DNA of 63,814 nucleotides, counting the filler, from Olpidium bornovanus S191 (lineage: Eukaryota; Fungi; Olpidiomycota): NCBI GenBank assembly GCA_017911155.1. It is 29 parts of 29 records of this genome, joined end to end, with 100 filler letters (N's around TTAATTAATTAA, not from the genome) between each part and the next. Parts side by side here need not be neighbours in the genome. Positions count along the whole stretch, not along the records: positions 1 to 4,125 come from JAEFCI010000295.1; positions 4,226 to 7,056 come from JAEFCI010006071.1; positions 7,157 to 14,299 come from JAEFCI010004343.1; 26 more parts are not named here. One strand, 5' to 3'. The position numbers and the translations under genes were made by a program. The stretch's first letter is position 1. Each line of letters begins with the position of its first letter. Shown here piece after piece: positions 1-11,958 of this stretch. Under the pieces are notes generated by a model. The model saw nothing but the letters and a program-made list of their open reading frames with translations. It did no database searches and was not told the DNA's origin.

Positions 1-41
1 ATGAATTCGAATTGAACGTCATTAACCCGGACACCCGACAG

Positions 42-1626
42 GAAACTGACGGATGGCCGGGGGCGTCCGTCATCCGCGGAATCGAGAGGAGGGGGCTTGC
101 GTACACCGGAAGTTGCGCATGGTTCTTTAATTTGGACACTTCAAAGGTAAACAAACAAAAAAAATCCTGACGTCTCCTTTCAGATTATTACCGTACAGCT
201 GGTTCTCAGCGATACCTTTTTTTCGGCGCCACATCCCCCATCGTTTTTCTTTCTTTCCCCGGCTCAGATCGCGATGAAGCAGCACCTCACGAACTCGGGT
301 GGGCCGACCCCGGCGTTCATCGACATGACCGACAAGCTCGGTCCGGAGAGGGAGGCAGAGACGCTGAAAGAGCTGAAGCGCCTGCCGTACCCGATGCTGG
401 TGAAGCCGAGTCCGTCGTCGTCGTCGCGCGGCATGAGCAACAAGAACGTGTGCAACACGCCCGAGGAGGTGCTGGCCGTCTCGAGAGAGGTCAAGGCCAT
501 TGGTTTCCCCGGGGTGTACGCCGAGGAGTTCGTCACCGGCCGCGAATTCACGGCGCTCGTCTCCGGCGACTGCTCCGTGGGCATCCACACATATGCGTGC
601 GTGGTTTTGCGCGCAATTTTTTTTTTTTTTTTTTTTTTTTTTTCCTTAGAACCTCCCGCGGGGGGGGGGGAGGTGTTTTCACATTTTTTTTTGTTTGTTT
701 TTCTGTAACTATTGCACTTTTCCTGCACACCCGCCCTTACGAGGCCGAAACGCCAGACCGCGTGCGCCAAAACAAAAAAAAAAAAAAAAATAAAGTATTA
801 AGCCCTAACATTTGTAACTCGCCCCCTCCGACCTCTCACATCTTCCCCGTTCCCCTTTTTCCCCCGCGTGATTCGACCATTCCCCCTACCCCCCAGCGTC
901 ATCGAGCGCGTATTCCGGAAGGACGTACCGGACAAGGAGCAGTTCCTTTCGTACGGCATGAAGTGGGAACAGTTCGGGTCTGAGAAGGGCAACTGGTGGT
1001 ACGCCGTGGCGCCGGAAGAAGACCAGTTTGCCCTGCAAGACACCGCCCGCGAGACGATGACGAAGATTAGCGGAAACGGATATGCCAGGTAGGCAAAGTT
1101 TAAGGATCGGCCGTTTCCCGGTGGGCTACGTAGGGGAAAGGGTGGAAAGTTTTCTTTCGCTCCCACCCTCCGTCCTCAGATATCTGGTTTTTGTGAAGCT
1201 GACGGGGCATTATTCTTTTCCATCATGGAGGATGGACATCCGGCAGGACCGCAACACGAAGCGGAATTACGTCGTAGACGTCAACGCCAACTGCTCGTAA
1301 AGACTCTGAAAAGCTCCTTTTCTTCGGGGAAAAATTCGTTTGTCTCGAGCGGTCACCGCTGACTGTAATTTTTTTTTTGGGCCCCTGGCAGCATCGATTA
1401 CGACCCTGAGTCCGCAATGGCTTTGATCCTGCACGGTTCCGACATGACTTTCACGGACTTCCTTGAGGACCTGATCCGCTACGGGCTGGAACGCCGCGCC
1501 GCGGAGCTACGCGCGCACACTTCCAGGATGGTGCACAGTTTCGGAATGCTCACCGAAGACTCAAATTTCGTCTCGCCGCTCATGCGTCCGGTCGGCAACG
1601 AGGGGTGGAAGGCGATTACCGTCTGA
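42..1626 (+). CDS. D-Ala-D-Ala ligase-like ATP-grasp protein, spliced, 5'-truncated
   Basis: GT-AG exons (42-146, 268-~595, ~897-1088, ~1230-1296, ~1392-1626) join to ETDGWPGASVIRGIERRGLAYTGS..DTSK|IAMKQHL..PTP..YPMLVKP..SSRGMS..YAEEFVTGREFT..FLSYGMKW..GYAR|MDIR..YVVDVNAN, collinear with Ddl motifs. Confidence 0.8.
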
Positions 1627-2116
1627 AAGCAAATTTTTTCGTTTGTTTGGGGAGGGTGCCAGAAGGGAATTACTAGCAGGCGAACCCTTTTTGTTTGTTT
1701 GTTTTTTAACCCCCCCATCCGTGTGCGTATCACAGGGTAAACAATGTTGTTGACTGATTACATTAGTGATCTGATTATGCTCCAGCTGTTGGTTACATAT
1801 CCGAGGGCTGGAGTGTGTGCGCTGCAGGAGTCATGAAGCGAACGGAAACTGCCGAAAAAAAAATTCCGCCCTCGCCGCGGGCCCGCCGCCTGCTTAGTCG
1901 TAAGGTGAAAATGACCAAGAAAACCGCTCCGGGAGCAATGCTTCGCCGACGGCCCGCCAGAACTGCCCCTGGTGGAGGTTCCGAAACGGCCATTGCGTCT
2001 TTGTGGCATCATCCTGCGTTGTCCACGACGTCGCCCCGCCACGTCGAGGTTTTCTTTCCTCTGCTTTCTTCGGGCAAAATCTCGGAGAAGCATCGGCCTC
2101 TTCGCATTTCGAGGAC

Positions 2117-2989
2117 TCACGCATTTTCGAGACACTGGTTCACCACCTCGAGGAGGTGCTTGTTCTCCAGAGCGGCGGCGACGCGTTCCTTGTCCTGCAA
2201 CTGCTTGTTTACTGGAAACAAAAAAGAAAAAACAAGTTTCCGAAGTGTTTGGGAACCCTCCCCCACCACGCGAGTAAACCGTTAGCAATTCCGAAACTGA
2301 TGCCCGCAAGGAGAAGTCCAAAAATGGCTGATAAGCCGCCGGCAACATTAGCCGCGCGCGGACACGCGCAAAAAAAAACAAAAGGAGCGAACTCGTCGTT
2401 CTCACCGGCCTGCTCGCTCTGGTGCGTCCCCGGCCGCACCGCGATGTCGACTTTAAACCTCTCGGGCAAGCTCCGCAGCAGCCGCACACGGACGCATAGG
2501 CCGATAAGTGTCGCCATGGAACAGTGTGGGATCGTCGGCGTAAACTCTACCCGGACCAGGCTCCGCTCGTCGTCCACAGTGATGTGGTCCGCCTGGGCCA
2601 CGTTCAGCTGCTCCAGCGTCAGCGGGTGCTCGGGGTCGTTGATCGACCGGATGAGCTCTTTTGGTGGCGTGCCACCGGGAGAGGAAACAGGCGGCCGGGG
2701 AAGCCGGATGAGAACGGTGGGGAAGCTTCTCTCCACACCACTGAAAGAGCAGGCGACGAACGCTCTGCCCGCCTGACCCGCACGAGGGTGGGGTGCGAGT
2801 CGTCCGAGGAGGGGGCGTGACGACCTGCTTTTTTTTGTTTTACTCCTCCCGCTCCCACCCACCGAAGACCTCTCTCGCGTCGATGGGCTCGTACACATCC
2901 TCGTCGAGGTCCGCCTCGGTCTGCGGGCGCTCGGCCAGCACGGCGCGGCCGTACACGACAGGATTGGCGTTGAGCAGAGCGGGCGGCAT
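2117..2989 (-). CDS. CIA2: Cytosolic Fe-S assembly protein CIA2/FAM96 (MIP18 family)
   Basis: Three exons: [22 protein letters not shown]|[46 protein letters not shown]|[28 protein letters not shown]. Confidence 0.95.
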
Positions 2990-3833
2990 TGTCGGCGGAG
3001 GCGGGGCAGGGGAAGTGCGTTTACGAGGGTTGGTTGCCAGCACGGGTTGTTGCGTTGGTGGATTTGGCCCCTGCACGAGGTGCGTGAAATCACGAAACAA
3101 GCGAAAACGCGCGCACGAAACAACAGGCGAAGAAGAAAACGAACGGGCAGATGCGGGAGCGGAGGTGATGGAAGTTGTACGTGTGCTGACAAAGAAGCAA
3201 GTATGCTCAAATCCCCTCCGCCCTGCCTTATTCGACGCTGCACGGAACGGTGGTGCGGCAGTGCGGCGGTGCGGCGGTGCCCGGAAGGCGGAGCGGTGCC
3301 GGAGGAGCAGGCGACGAAGTCCCGACCCGCGAAACTTGCCAGGAGGCCTCGCAAGGAGCCTGGGCGTGAAGGTGCGCACTACTACACAAGTCAGAAACCG
3401 ACCTCTTCCAACGTCCCAAGAATTGCATTCGGTTTTCAGTCGCTTTTTTTTCTCTCTTCGGCTGTCACGGAAAAAGAAGCTGAACGCAGGGCGCTTCGAC
3501 TTCCGTTTTCGTTGACTGCAATTCCGCCCGGGGACGGGAGGCGGGTCGGCGGAAAACTTTTTTGTTTTCGCTGAGAAGACGCGTTAGTGTTAGATGGAAG
3601 TACAAGGCTCTGACGCCCGTATGACTACGTGGGCGTCCGTGCTTTGCATGGACCCGAGCCCATGACAAGCCAAAATTCACGCAATGAAGATATCGGATTC
3701 TCACCTGATAATTTTGCAACGTCCGCCTCGACAGCAGGGCGCGTGGGAAGGCTTTATGGAAGGTAACAAGCTCATCACTCAGGCGTGAGTTGTGAGAATT
3801 CCACATAAAACAAGAACTCACAGACAAGCCTGT

Positions 3834-4010
3834 ATTGCGCAGTACAGTTTGCACACATTATCAGTTCTTCCAGCTCAGCTCAAAGAGCGGGCTTCGCGAC
3901 GTATTCGTGAAGCTCCCATGCATTGCGCAGTACAGTTTGCACACATCATCAGTTCTTCCAGCTCAGCTCAAAGAGCGGGCATCGCGACGTATTCGTGAAG
4001 CTCCCATGCA
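3834..4010. repeat. Two-copy 88-bp tandem duplication
   Basis: ATTGCGCAGTACAGTTTGCACACAT...GAAGCTCCCATGC starts at 3834 and 3922, with about two mismatches. Confidence 0.9.
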
Positions 4011-4225
4011 CACCAAGGGTTTAACAGCCCAAGATCTGTCATCTTTCCACACGCAAAATGCTGCCTGTATGCTGCTCGGCTCACAGCAAGCAAGATTCAT
4101 AACAAAGCCTGTCACTTATGCAGCCNNNNNNNNNNNNNNNNNNNNNNNNNNNNNNNNNNNNNNNNNNNNTTAATTAATTAANNNNNNNNNNNNNNNNNNN
4201 NNNNNNNNNNNNNNNNNNNNNNNNN

Positions 4226-6997
4226 CATGCTCCTCGCCTGGGGCTCCGGGATGTATTGGCGAATAAGGTCGACGATGTCTCCGTCTACAATATATCTGCT
4301 GGATCAATCTTCCGAATTCGTACAAGCATTACATACGATTGCAATAACGAGGGGTTAACGCACCGAGCGCAATGGCAAAGCCCAGGTCCCTTGACCTGAT
4401 CTTATAGGCGCCGTCCGGAGTGATTATCTTGGGCACGCGATACTCGTTCCGGTCGTTCTCCCAGCTAGAAACGGCAAAAATTGTGACCCCGTATATCTCG
4501 TAAACCATCGGGACAATGTCCATGAATCGGCATCCAAGGAAAGCGTCTGGGAACTCGAACGAGTAAACCTGTCGCACGAAGCAGAACGAATTCATAAATC
4601 GTCAAGCTTCTCTCGGGGCACCAAACGTCGCGCACGCGAAACAACGCTAGCACCTGATGCGCTCCGCCGTAGAGGTACTCGTTTAGCCAGGTCTCGTTCA
4701 ACGGCTCCTCGAGGTTCGAAAAAGTGTGCACGAGGGTGGTGATGAGGGTTATAATCCCCGGGTAAACGGCGCACCGAGCGAAGATGGCCATTTTGAGCTC
4801 CTCCACACAAAGCACGCGGTCGCTACCACAGTCCATCGCGAGATCCTTCACGAACGACACGAGACGGTCGGAAGGGGGAATCGGTTTGTTTCTCAGATTG
4901 ACAATTCCCCAAAACTCAAGTATTTGCGACAATAGCTTACCTTCGTTCGCACGTCTTGGACTTGCGCAAAAACCGGTAGACAAGGGAAATCCGTCTTCAC
5001 CGCCAGGACCATCATGAGAATAGTAGCTATACGCGTTGAGAGTTAGCAAATTATAAATCATATCTATATTGGTCAAACCCCACTGAAATTACATACCATC
5101 AGTACCACGTGCGTGCTTCAGCTCTGCGTCAAAAGAGAGCTCCGTTTGCGTCAATTCGGCTGCAGGCCAAAGAGCAGTCAGCAAAAAAAGAAGGTTTGCG
5201 AGCATGCGCGGGACGCGCCAAAACCGGCACCGTTAACACACGGAGGCGCGGGCGTCGAAAGCGAAGACGTACGAGCGTTGAGCAGGAAAAGTGCGTTCGC
5301 CTCTTGGACCTTGGCGCGCGCGAGGTCTGCACGGTTCAGCGGGTTTCCGGCGAGGTACGTCAGGCGGGAGGCGTAGAACGGGTTTCGCAGCAATTTGCGC
5401 ACGCTAAGATCCGGCTCGTCCGCGGACAAGATGACGATAGCGTCGTCGGGACTGATGGCGAAAAACTCGCGGCAGAAGTCCACGATGTTGTTGTAGTTGA
5501 CCACGCCGGCTGTATGTAACGAGGGATGCGCCATGATTCGCGAATAATTCAGCTAGTTGGAATAGCCGCTCCTTACGACTGTTCCAATAGCCCTACCCCC
5601 CCGCTCAACCGCAGACTACTGTGAATCTACGAAGCACTCACCGAGAATAACGTGGTTGTGCTTCTTCTTGTATGTCGCCCTATGGTACGGCGACCGCATA
5701 TTGTAGATCTGTGCAACCTTCGCCGACTGGTAAGGCACCAAAAATATGACCTAGATCCGGCAGAGAGACGCTGAGCGGAAGAACTGGCAGCCAAAGATAA
5801 TTTAAGAAATAGCAGCCATTGAAAGCACATACCACAACGATCATCACCATGACAGTCGCTCGTGAGAGCGTCGTAGTGGGGACCAGATCTCCAAAACCGA
5901 TCGTCGAGAAGGACACTACGCGCCGTCCACCGGTGACAGGTGAGCATCAGAAAGCGGAGGCGTTTGTGGAATCGAGCAGTCCGGCGAATGCCGGGGCGTT
6001 TAACAAGGTACTTACCTAGCATGTAATAGAAGGAATCATGCCAATTCTTCAGATCAGGCGTGGACGGGTAACCCGCCTGGAAGGTCTCGAGAACGTTGAT
6101 GGACGAGGCTCCGATGAAGAGCACACCGACGATGGACAGCACGAACGTAAAGAGCTGGCGCTTTTCCTCCGAATCAGCGAACGAGAGAAACCGGTAGATG
6201 CGGAAGATGCGGGCTGCGCTGGCAAGCCTGAGGAAGTAAACGACCAGGAGCTGGTCTTCCTGCAGCGGGGTCGAGAAGAAGGCGAACAGGCCCACGGGGA
6301 CGATGGTAACGAGGTCGCAGAGGGAGTACACCTTGAAGAAAAACTTCAACCGGTCCTCGGCCGTGTAAAAAAGCAGGCAGTAGTCCATGAAGAAGAGGGC
6401 AGTGAAGACCAGGTCGATAATGACGAGCGGCGAGACGGCGGTCTGCCTCGGATTCTCGCGTTCCCTGAGAGAAAAGTAGTCCAGAACGTCGGCTTTGGCG
6501 TAGTAGGTCAGCGCGACGAAGTTTGCGGTAGCACCCAGACTGACGAGGGCCTGCAACCCCCACCACCACCTGCCCCACCGGGAGGTGAAGAGGAACTCCC
6601 TGACCATCCTGGGCGAAAGGCGGTAAGCCCAGGTGCGGAAGTACTGGTGGTCCGGCTGCCAAACCTGCAGCGAGGGCTTCTCCGAGGTCAGGGTCCTCAC
6701 CAGCTGCAGGTTGTGGCTTTCGGCGGTCGCAGCCGCGTCCCTTGCTCTTAGCGGACGGGACGGCGGCCCCGCCGTTGCCGCGGCGTCACCGGCGGGCTGG
6801 CCATATTCCGTGCTATTTCCGGCGGCGAAAGCGGCAAGGAGCGACCTCCCCGGCCACCCTGGCCGGCCGCGCGGCGCGAGTCTGAACGTGGGCGGCAGGA
6901 AGGTGAGTCTCCTGAGCAGCCGCACGAGCAGGATGAGCGCCGGTATGACCGCGAACGGGGCGAAAACGAAGAGGAGGATGAAGCCGACGGCCGACAT
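4226..6997 (-). CDS. Slo/BK-type (Ca2+-activated, RCK-containing) K+ channel, multi-exon, 3'-truncated
   Basis: N-terminal TM, S1-S4 with LRLASAARIFRIYRFL, pore WHDSFYYM..STIGFGD, S6, then RCK motifs (FCREFF..IVILS..LTYLAGNPLNRADLARAKVQEANALFLL; LCVEELKMAIFARCAVYPGIITLITTL; WLNEYLYG..QVYSF). Confidence 0.88.
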
Positions 6998-7378
6998 AGT
7001 GATCCACGCCGGCAACACACGATCGGAGCGGGGCCCCCCCTCGGGGAGGGGGGGGGNNNNNNNNNNNNNNNNNNNNNNNNNNNNNNNNNNNNNNNNNNNN
7101 TTAATTAATTAANNNNNNNNNNNNNNNNNNNNNNNNNNNNNNNNNNNNNNNNNNNNCATGACATTTCTGATGTGAGCGTTGGGGTCCCAGGCAAGTTGGT
7201 CACGTGCCCACGTCGTCAAACGCCAGAGTTGCAGCGAGGAGAAAGAAGGCTCGCCCGCCAGACCGGCGGCCCATCTCACCGTCCGAGACACGGAAGCTGC
7301 GCCGTGCCGGCCCGTCGGCTTTCCCTTCCCTCCGCCGTTTCGGCCCTAGCTTGGTTTGCCCCCGCCACGCCTCAAACG

Positions 7379-10107
7379 ATGAACGCCGGAGCAGCGTCTT
7401 TTGTACCCTCGCCGTTTGCTTCGTCCTCGTCCGCAGGGTCCGCCTCGTGCTCGCAACTGGCTTCTTCCGCGGCTCAGGGGCAGCAGAAGGGCGTCGACTC
7501 CTCCGCGCGCATCTTCGCACACCACCACCAGCGCCGCTCGAACAACAGCAGGCCTGGGAGCGGCGGCCAGCAGTCCGTCACGAACGCCAACGGTGCGCCA
7601 ATTGCCGAACTTTTGTTTTATTTCCTGGCTCGTTCTGTGCCGCAGGTGATAAGTGGCGCAGGTCTGACGATGTTCGGCTGTCGACCCGCCAGACAAAGGG
7701 TCGCAGGGAAGTTCTACGAGAAACCACAACCGCAAGAAACCGCACCACCGGGGGAACAGGGGCAGTGTCAGGCCGCCGAAGGAGAACGCCGAGGACGCCG
7801 ACAGGCTTTCCAAGAGTTCAGCGGATCTAGATACGATGATGGCAGGAGCAGGGATATGGGAAAACCAGGTTGTGCATCGTTTTTCCGGAAAATTGGTGAA
7901 AACGGTTTTGTCGCACTGTTGAGCCGCTGCACTGGAAGCGCCGCGCTGATTGAGCTGTTACCCTTTGCGTTGTGCCGTCTAGGAGGTCGCGCCGTCTCCC
8001 GGGCGTAAAGGGCAGATCTCCCTGAACCATTTGCTGTCCTTTACTTTCCCTCCTCGCCAGCACCCCTCAGTGGACAGACCAAATCGAATAAAGCGCGGCT
8101 CGAATTACCAGCCTTACAACAAGGAACGGTTTCTGAACGCGAAGTCAGTAGCTCGCCTGGTTGTGTATGCTTCGAGCTTATTTCTAAGATGGATCATCGG
8201 TAGTTCGCGCGCGTCTGACCTGAATTGACCTTGGCTTCTCTCGCGCTGGACAGTTTCCGGTTTGTGGTTAACCCCACGTCAAACTATACGCCGCAATTGG
8301 TCGACCCGGACGCCCAAGTGGACTGGGAAGTTGTTGAGCAGGCTGTCATCTCTTATACTAGGGACCCGAGCTGCCCGATATGCCTTGGTTACCCGACCGC
8401 GCCTCGGGTGACCAAGTGCGGTCATGCTTTTTGTCTCGTCTGCATCCTGCACTACCTCTCCCTCTCGGAGGACCAGCATCGCCAATGGCGAAAATGTCCG
8501 ATTTGCTGGGATTGCGTCTACGCTAAAGACCTGAAACCTGTCAGGTTCTGGAAGGTTCAGAGCGTTGGCAAGGTCATCGAAGGTCCAGGCGGAACGGTCA
8601 TTGCGCCCCAGGATGACGAGACCGTCGCCATGCAGTTGATGTACCGGGAGATGGTCGGTTCACAAGTCACGTTCATGTAATTAAATCGCTCATGTCGGGG
8701 CGATTCCATGTTGACGCAATCGTATATCTCTGACAGGACTCCACCGTCGCGTTGCCGAAAAGAGCCAATCAGCACGCGGTGCGGCGGAAGGCTGATAAAT
8801 TTCGCGTGCTGCCTTCGCACTTCACGCCGGGCGCCCTGGCCTTTGCAAAGCTGATGTTGGCGAGCGCCGATTATCTTGAAAGCCAACTGAGGAATGACGA
8901 GCGCGAGGTCTTGTCCGTTCTCGCAGAGGCGAAACGTCTCGACGCCGATGAAAACGAGGTGCCGTTCGTCGAGATGGCGCTGGTGAACATACGGGAGCGT
9001 GTCAACGCTCTGAAAAGTGCGGGGTGGAACACCAACGAGATGGTCCTGAAGAACGAGATCATCGCTAGGGCAGAGGCCGAGGCCGTGGACCGCGAGGCAC
9101 GCGCGGCGAATAGAAGAGCAGTGGGAGAGCCTTGCCAACAGCCAGCGGAGGGCGAAGCGGGGAGGTCGGCTGGAATGGAAACTGCAAGGTCCATGCAGCC
9201 AGTCGAACAACCGCAACAGGTGCGCGAGGGCATGGGCCGGGGGAACCGGCAAGCGCGCCGCAAAGACGGGCGAACAGATTCATATTATTTTTTTCAAGCG
9301 CGGGACGGCCAGCATTTGTACTTGCATCCTCTAGACATTCGAGTGCTGAAACAAGAGTACGGTGATTACGACGAGTTTCCTGAAACCATCACCGTCCGCG
9401 TCGTTGGTGTCGAGGAGTCTACGCTCACAGAAGAGCTCCGAAAACGATGTCGCTACTTGTCGCACCTTCCGTTGAGCTGCGATGTCACCTTCGTAGAGGT
9501 GGATTGGCAAGGGCTTGTTGGCGAGGAGACGATGAAGATGTTCACGGGTGAGCGTCGTTGGCTTCACGGTTTTTTTTTCCCCTCGTGAATTTTGATTTTG
9601 TTAGCGCGGTGGTCGGTCGGTGTATCGTTGACCTCCGAGACCGATGGTACGTATCGCGGCGCAGGTGAATTCCGCGAACGAAAGGAGCGGCAAGCAGCGA
9701 AGCGTGCCCGGGACACCGGCGTTGCGTCGCAAAATTTGCGGAGGGGGCAGGTCCGGGTGCCCTCGCCGTTGCCCTCCACGTCCTCGACTTCCCAGTTGTC
9801 GCAACCGGTCGAGGACGACCCGTTCTTTGCCACCTTGAATTCATCCGCGGGAAAAGAAGACCCCGTCGCCGCGGGTCGCCACGGGCCTTCAGGCAGCTTC
9901 GCGGCCGTAGCGTCCGGCCGTGGTCAATCGTCTGGCACGCGCGGCGCATGGGGCGCGGCCGCGGTCGACCAACATGAGAGCGATGACCACCCGTCCAACG
10001 TTTGGTGGGGTGACTACGACGACGACGAGATCGCCGCTGCGGGCAAGGGAAAGAAGAAGTTTGTGCTCATGTCATCCGGAGGGGCAAGGAGGGGCAAGTA
10101 CCGGTAG
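7379..10107 (+). CDS. MAG2: RNF10/MAG2-family C3HC4 RING E3 ligase, multi-exon
   Basis: YNKERFLNAN|FRFVV..DPDAQVDWEVV..CPICLGYPTAPRVTKCGHAFCLVCILHYL..WRKCPICW; YYFFQARDGQHLYLHPLDIRVLK; LRKRCRYLSHLPL; C-terminal GKGKKKFVLMSSGG. Start codon uncertain. Confidence 0.92.
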
Positions 10108-11195
10108 TTCGGGAATCTGGTCGTGGACAACCGTCCTGGCGGCGGAAAGCTACCAGACCGCTTCGCGCTGAGAGAGAAGAAGGGGAGTAGTGGTGAAGGG
10201 GAGGGAGTGTCGACAAGAATTGCCGGACGAGTTGAAAGTTTGGAGTGGTCCGTTCGGCTCGGATTTGCCCACCGCCTGAGAAGGGTACAATTTACCAGGG
10301 TTCTCGCTGGCACTTGCGTGTTTCAACGCCCGCCTCAACACGTATCTCGCTGTGCCGTCGGAATGCCTACAGTGCGAACGAACCGTACGCTTTAATTCAC
10401 ATCCGTGCCGTTGAGGTTCCTTCCGCCAGCCGCAGGCGCGATTGCAGTCGGAGAGGCCGGGCCCAGCCTCTTGTCGCGGGTGGGGGCGGGGAAGGGCGTC
10501 GGCCCCTTTCTGCGGTATCAGACGAAGTGCGATGTGAACTTCCGACACCCTCCCGATATCTCGAACTTTCCGTTCAGGCCTCTGGATCAAAGTGCTCTAC
10601 GCGTCATCGGCCAGTTGGCGAAGGCGAGTGACCCCCGGCCGTGTAAAATGTGTCCCGGGACACTTCAGAGAAACAATCCGTGTGGAGTCCGTTTCCAGGG
10701 ATTGTACGTTTTAACGCATTGAGACTACCGGCGCGGTTCCCTGGTTGCAAACCAACCCCCGTTCCTCCTTCCATCCTCCTCCCCTCCCCTGAAATGCCCC
10801 CTTGGATTTCTTGATGATGGAAAGGCCCCTGTGCAACTGCGCCCGCCGACCGTACAATGCTAAGATGCATACGTATCTAAATATATTGCAATAGGCAGCT
10901 GCATATTTTGATACATTTGCTTTGCCGGAATTACCCTGGTATTTTCCGTGAAAAAACATAACAGAGTTTGCGGCTCAGCTTGAGCTTTGAAAACGAAGCC
11001 GTTGCGATGGTGTATTCTGGTTTTCGCTGGTCTGTTTTTTTTTTTAAAAGCGGGGTCCCTTTGCAGCGTGCACTCCATTATGCTTCGCGGGGATGGGTGC
11101 CTCGTTCTGGTGTGTGCCCCTTGCCCGTCGAAGGGGGTTCTTTGTTCTGGTGTGGGGTCCTTGCCCTTCGAAGAGCGGGTGGGGGTTGGCATTTT

Positions 11196-11231
<36 letters not shown>

Positions 11232-11339
11232 GGGGCGGGGTTTCTGTTCTGTCGGGGGCCCAGGGTTCCTTTGGGGCTTCAAAGGTCGCAGTGGAATTGG
11301 TCGCAGGTTCAGGCACAGGTTTGGCCGCAGGAGTCCCAA

Positions 11340-11686
11340 TGCACATTCAGGCGCAGAGTGTCAAATGCAAATCCAGATGCGGAATCCGAAGCAGTGAAAT
11401 TCAGCACCAAAGTTCAGACGTAAAAAAAAAAAAAAAAAATCCGGTGCCGGGGTTCAGACGCAGAACATGAAGCGGATTTCAGATGCGGAACGTGATGCAG
11501 ATCGCAGAGGCAATACCCGACGCAGACGCAGAACCATGAACCCGACGGCAGATTCTGACGCAAGCATCCGACGCGGAGTCCGACGCAGATCCAGACGCAG
11601 ATTCAGACGCAAGTTTTTCGTGACGCAGATTCCAGACGCAGAGTGTGAGACAGATCCAGACGCAAGAGTCTGACGCAGATTCAACT
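11340..11686 (+). repeat. Degenerate 12-bp satellite (consensus about TCWGACGCAGAW)
   Basis: Many imperfect units, e.g. CCGACGCAGATCCAGACGCAGATTCAGACGCAAG at about 11580-11613. Confidence 0.85.
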
Positions 11687-11958
11687 TAATATATATATAC
11701 GTTCATGCACCGTTAATACTGCTACACGAAACCAAACTCGCAAAACGCACCGCTTGTCCCGAACTTTAAGCGCTTATGAGCCCAAAGACACCGCGTGTCT
11801 TGACGTCTTCCCTCGCCGACCCAGACGTCCCACTGCGCAAGAACGCCTTACCGCACAACGTTCAGAACCCGACCGCAGCAACAGAAAGGAGCGCCGAGGC
11901 TCCAAGGAAGGCTCTCCCGCACGGCGTGCGCGAGAAGAATACGTATTGAAAACGAAAT

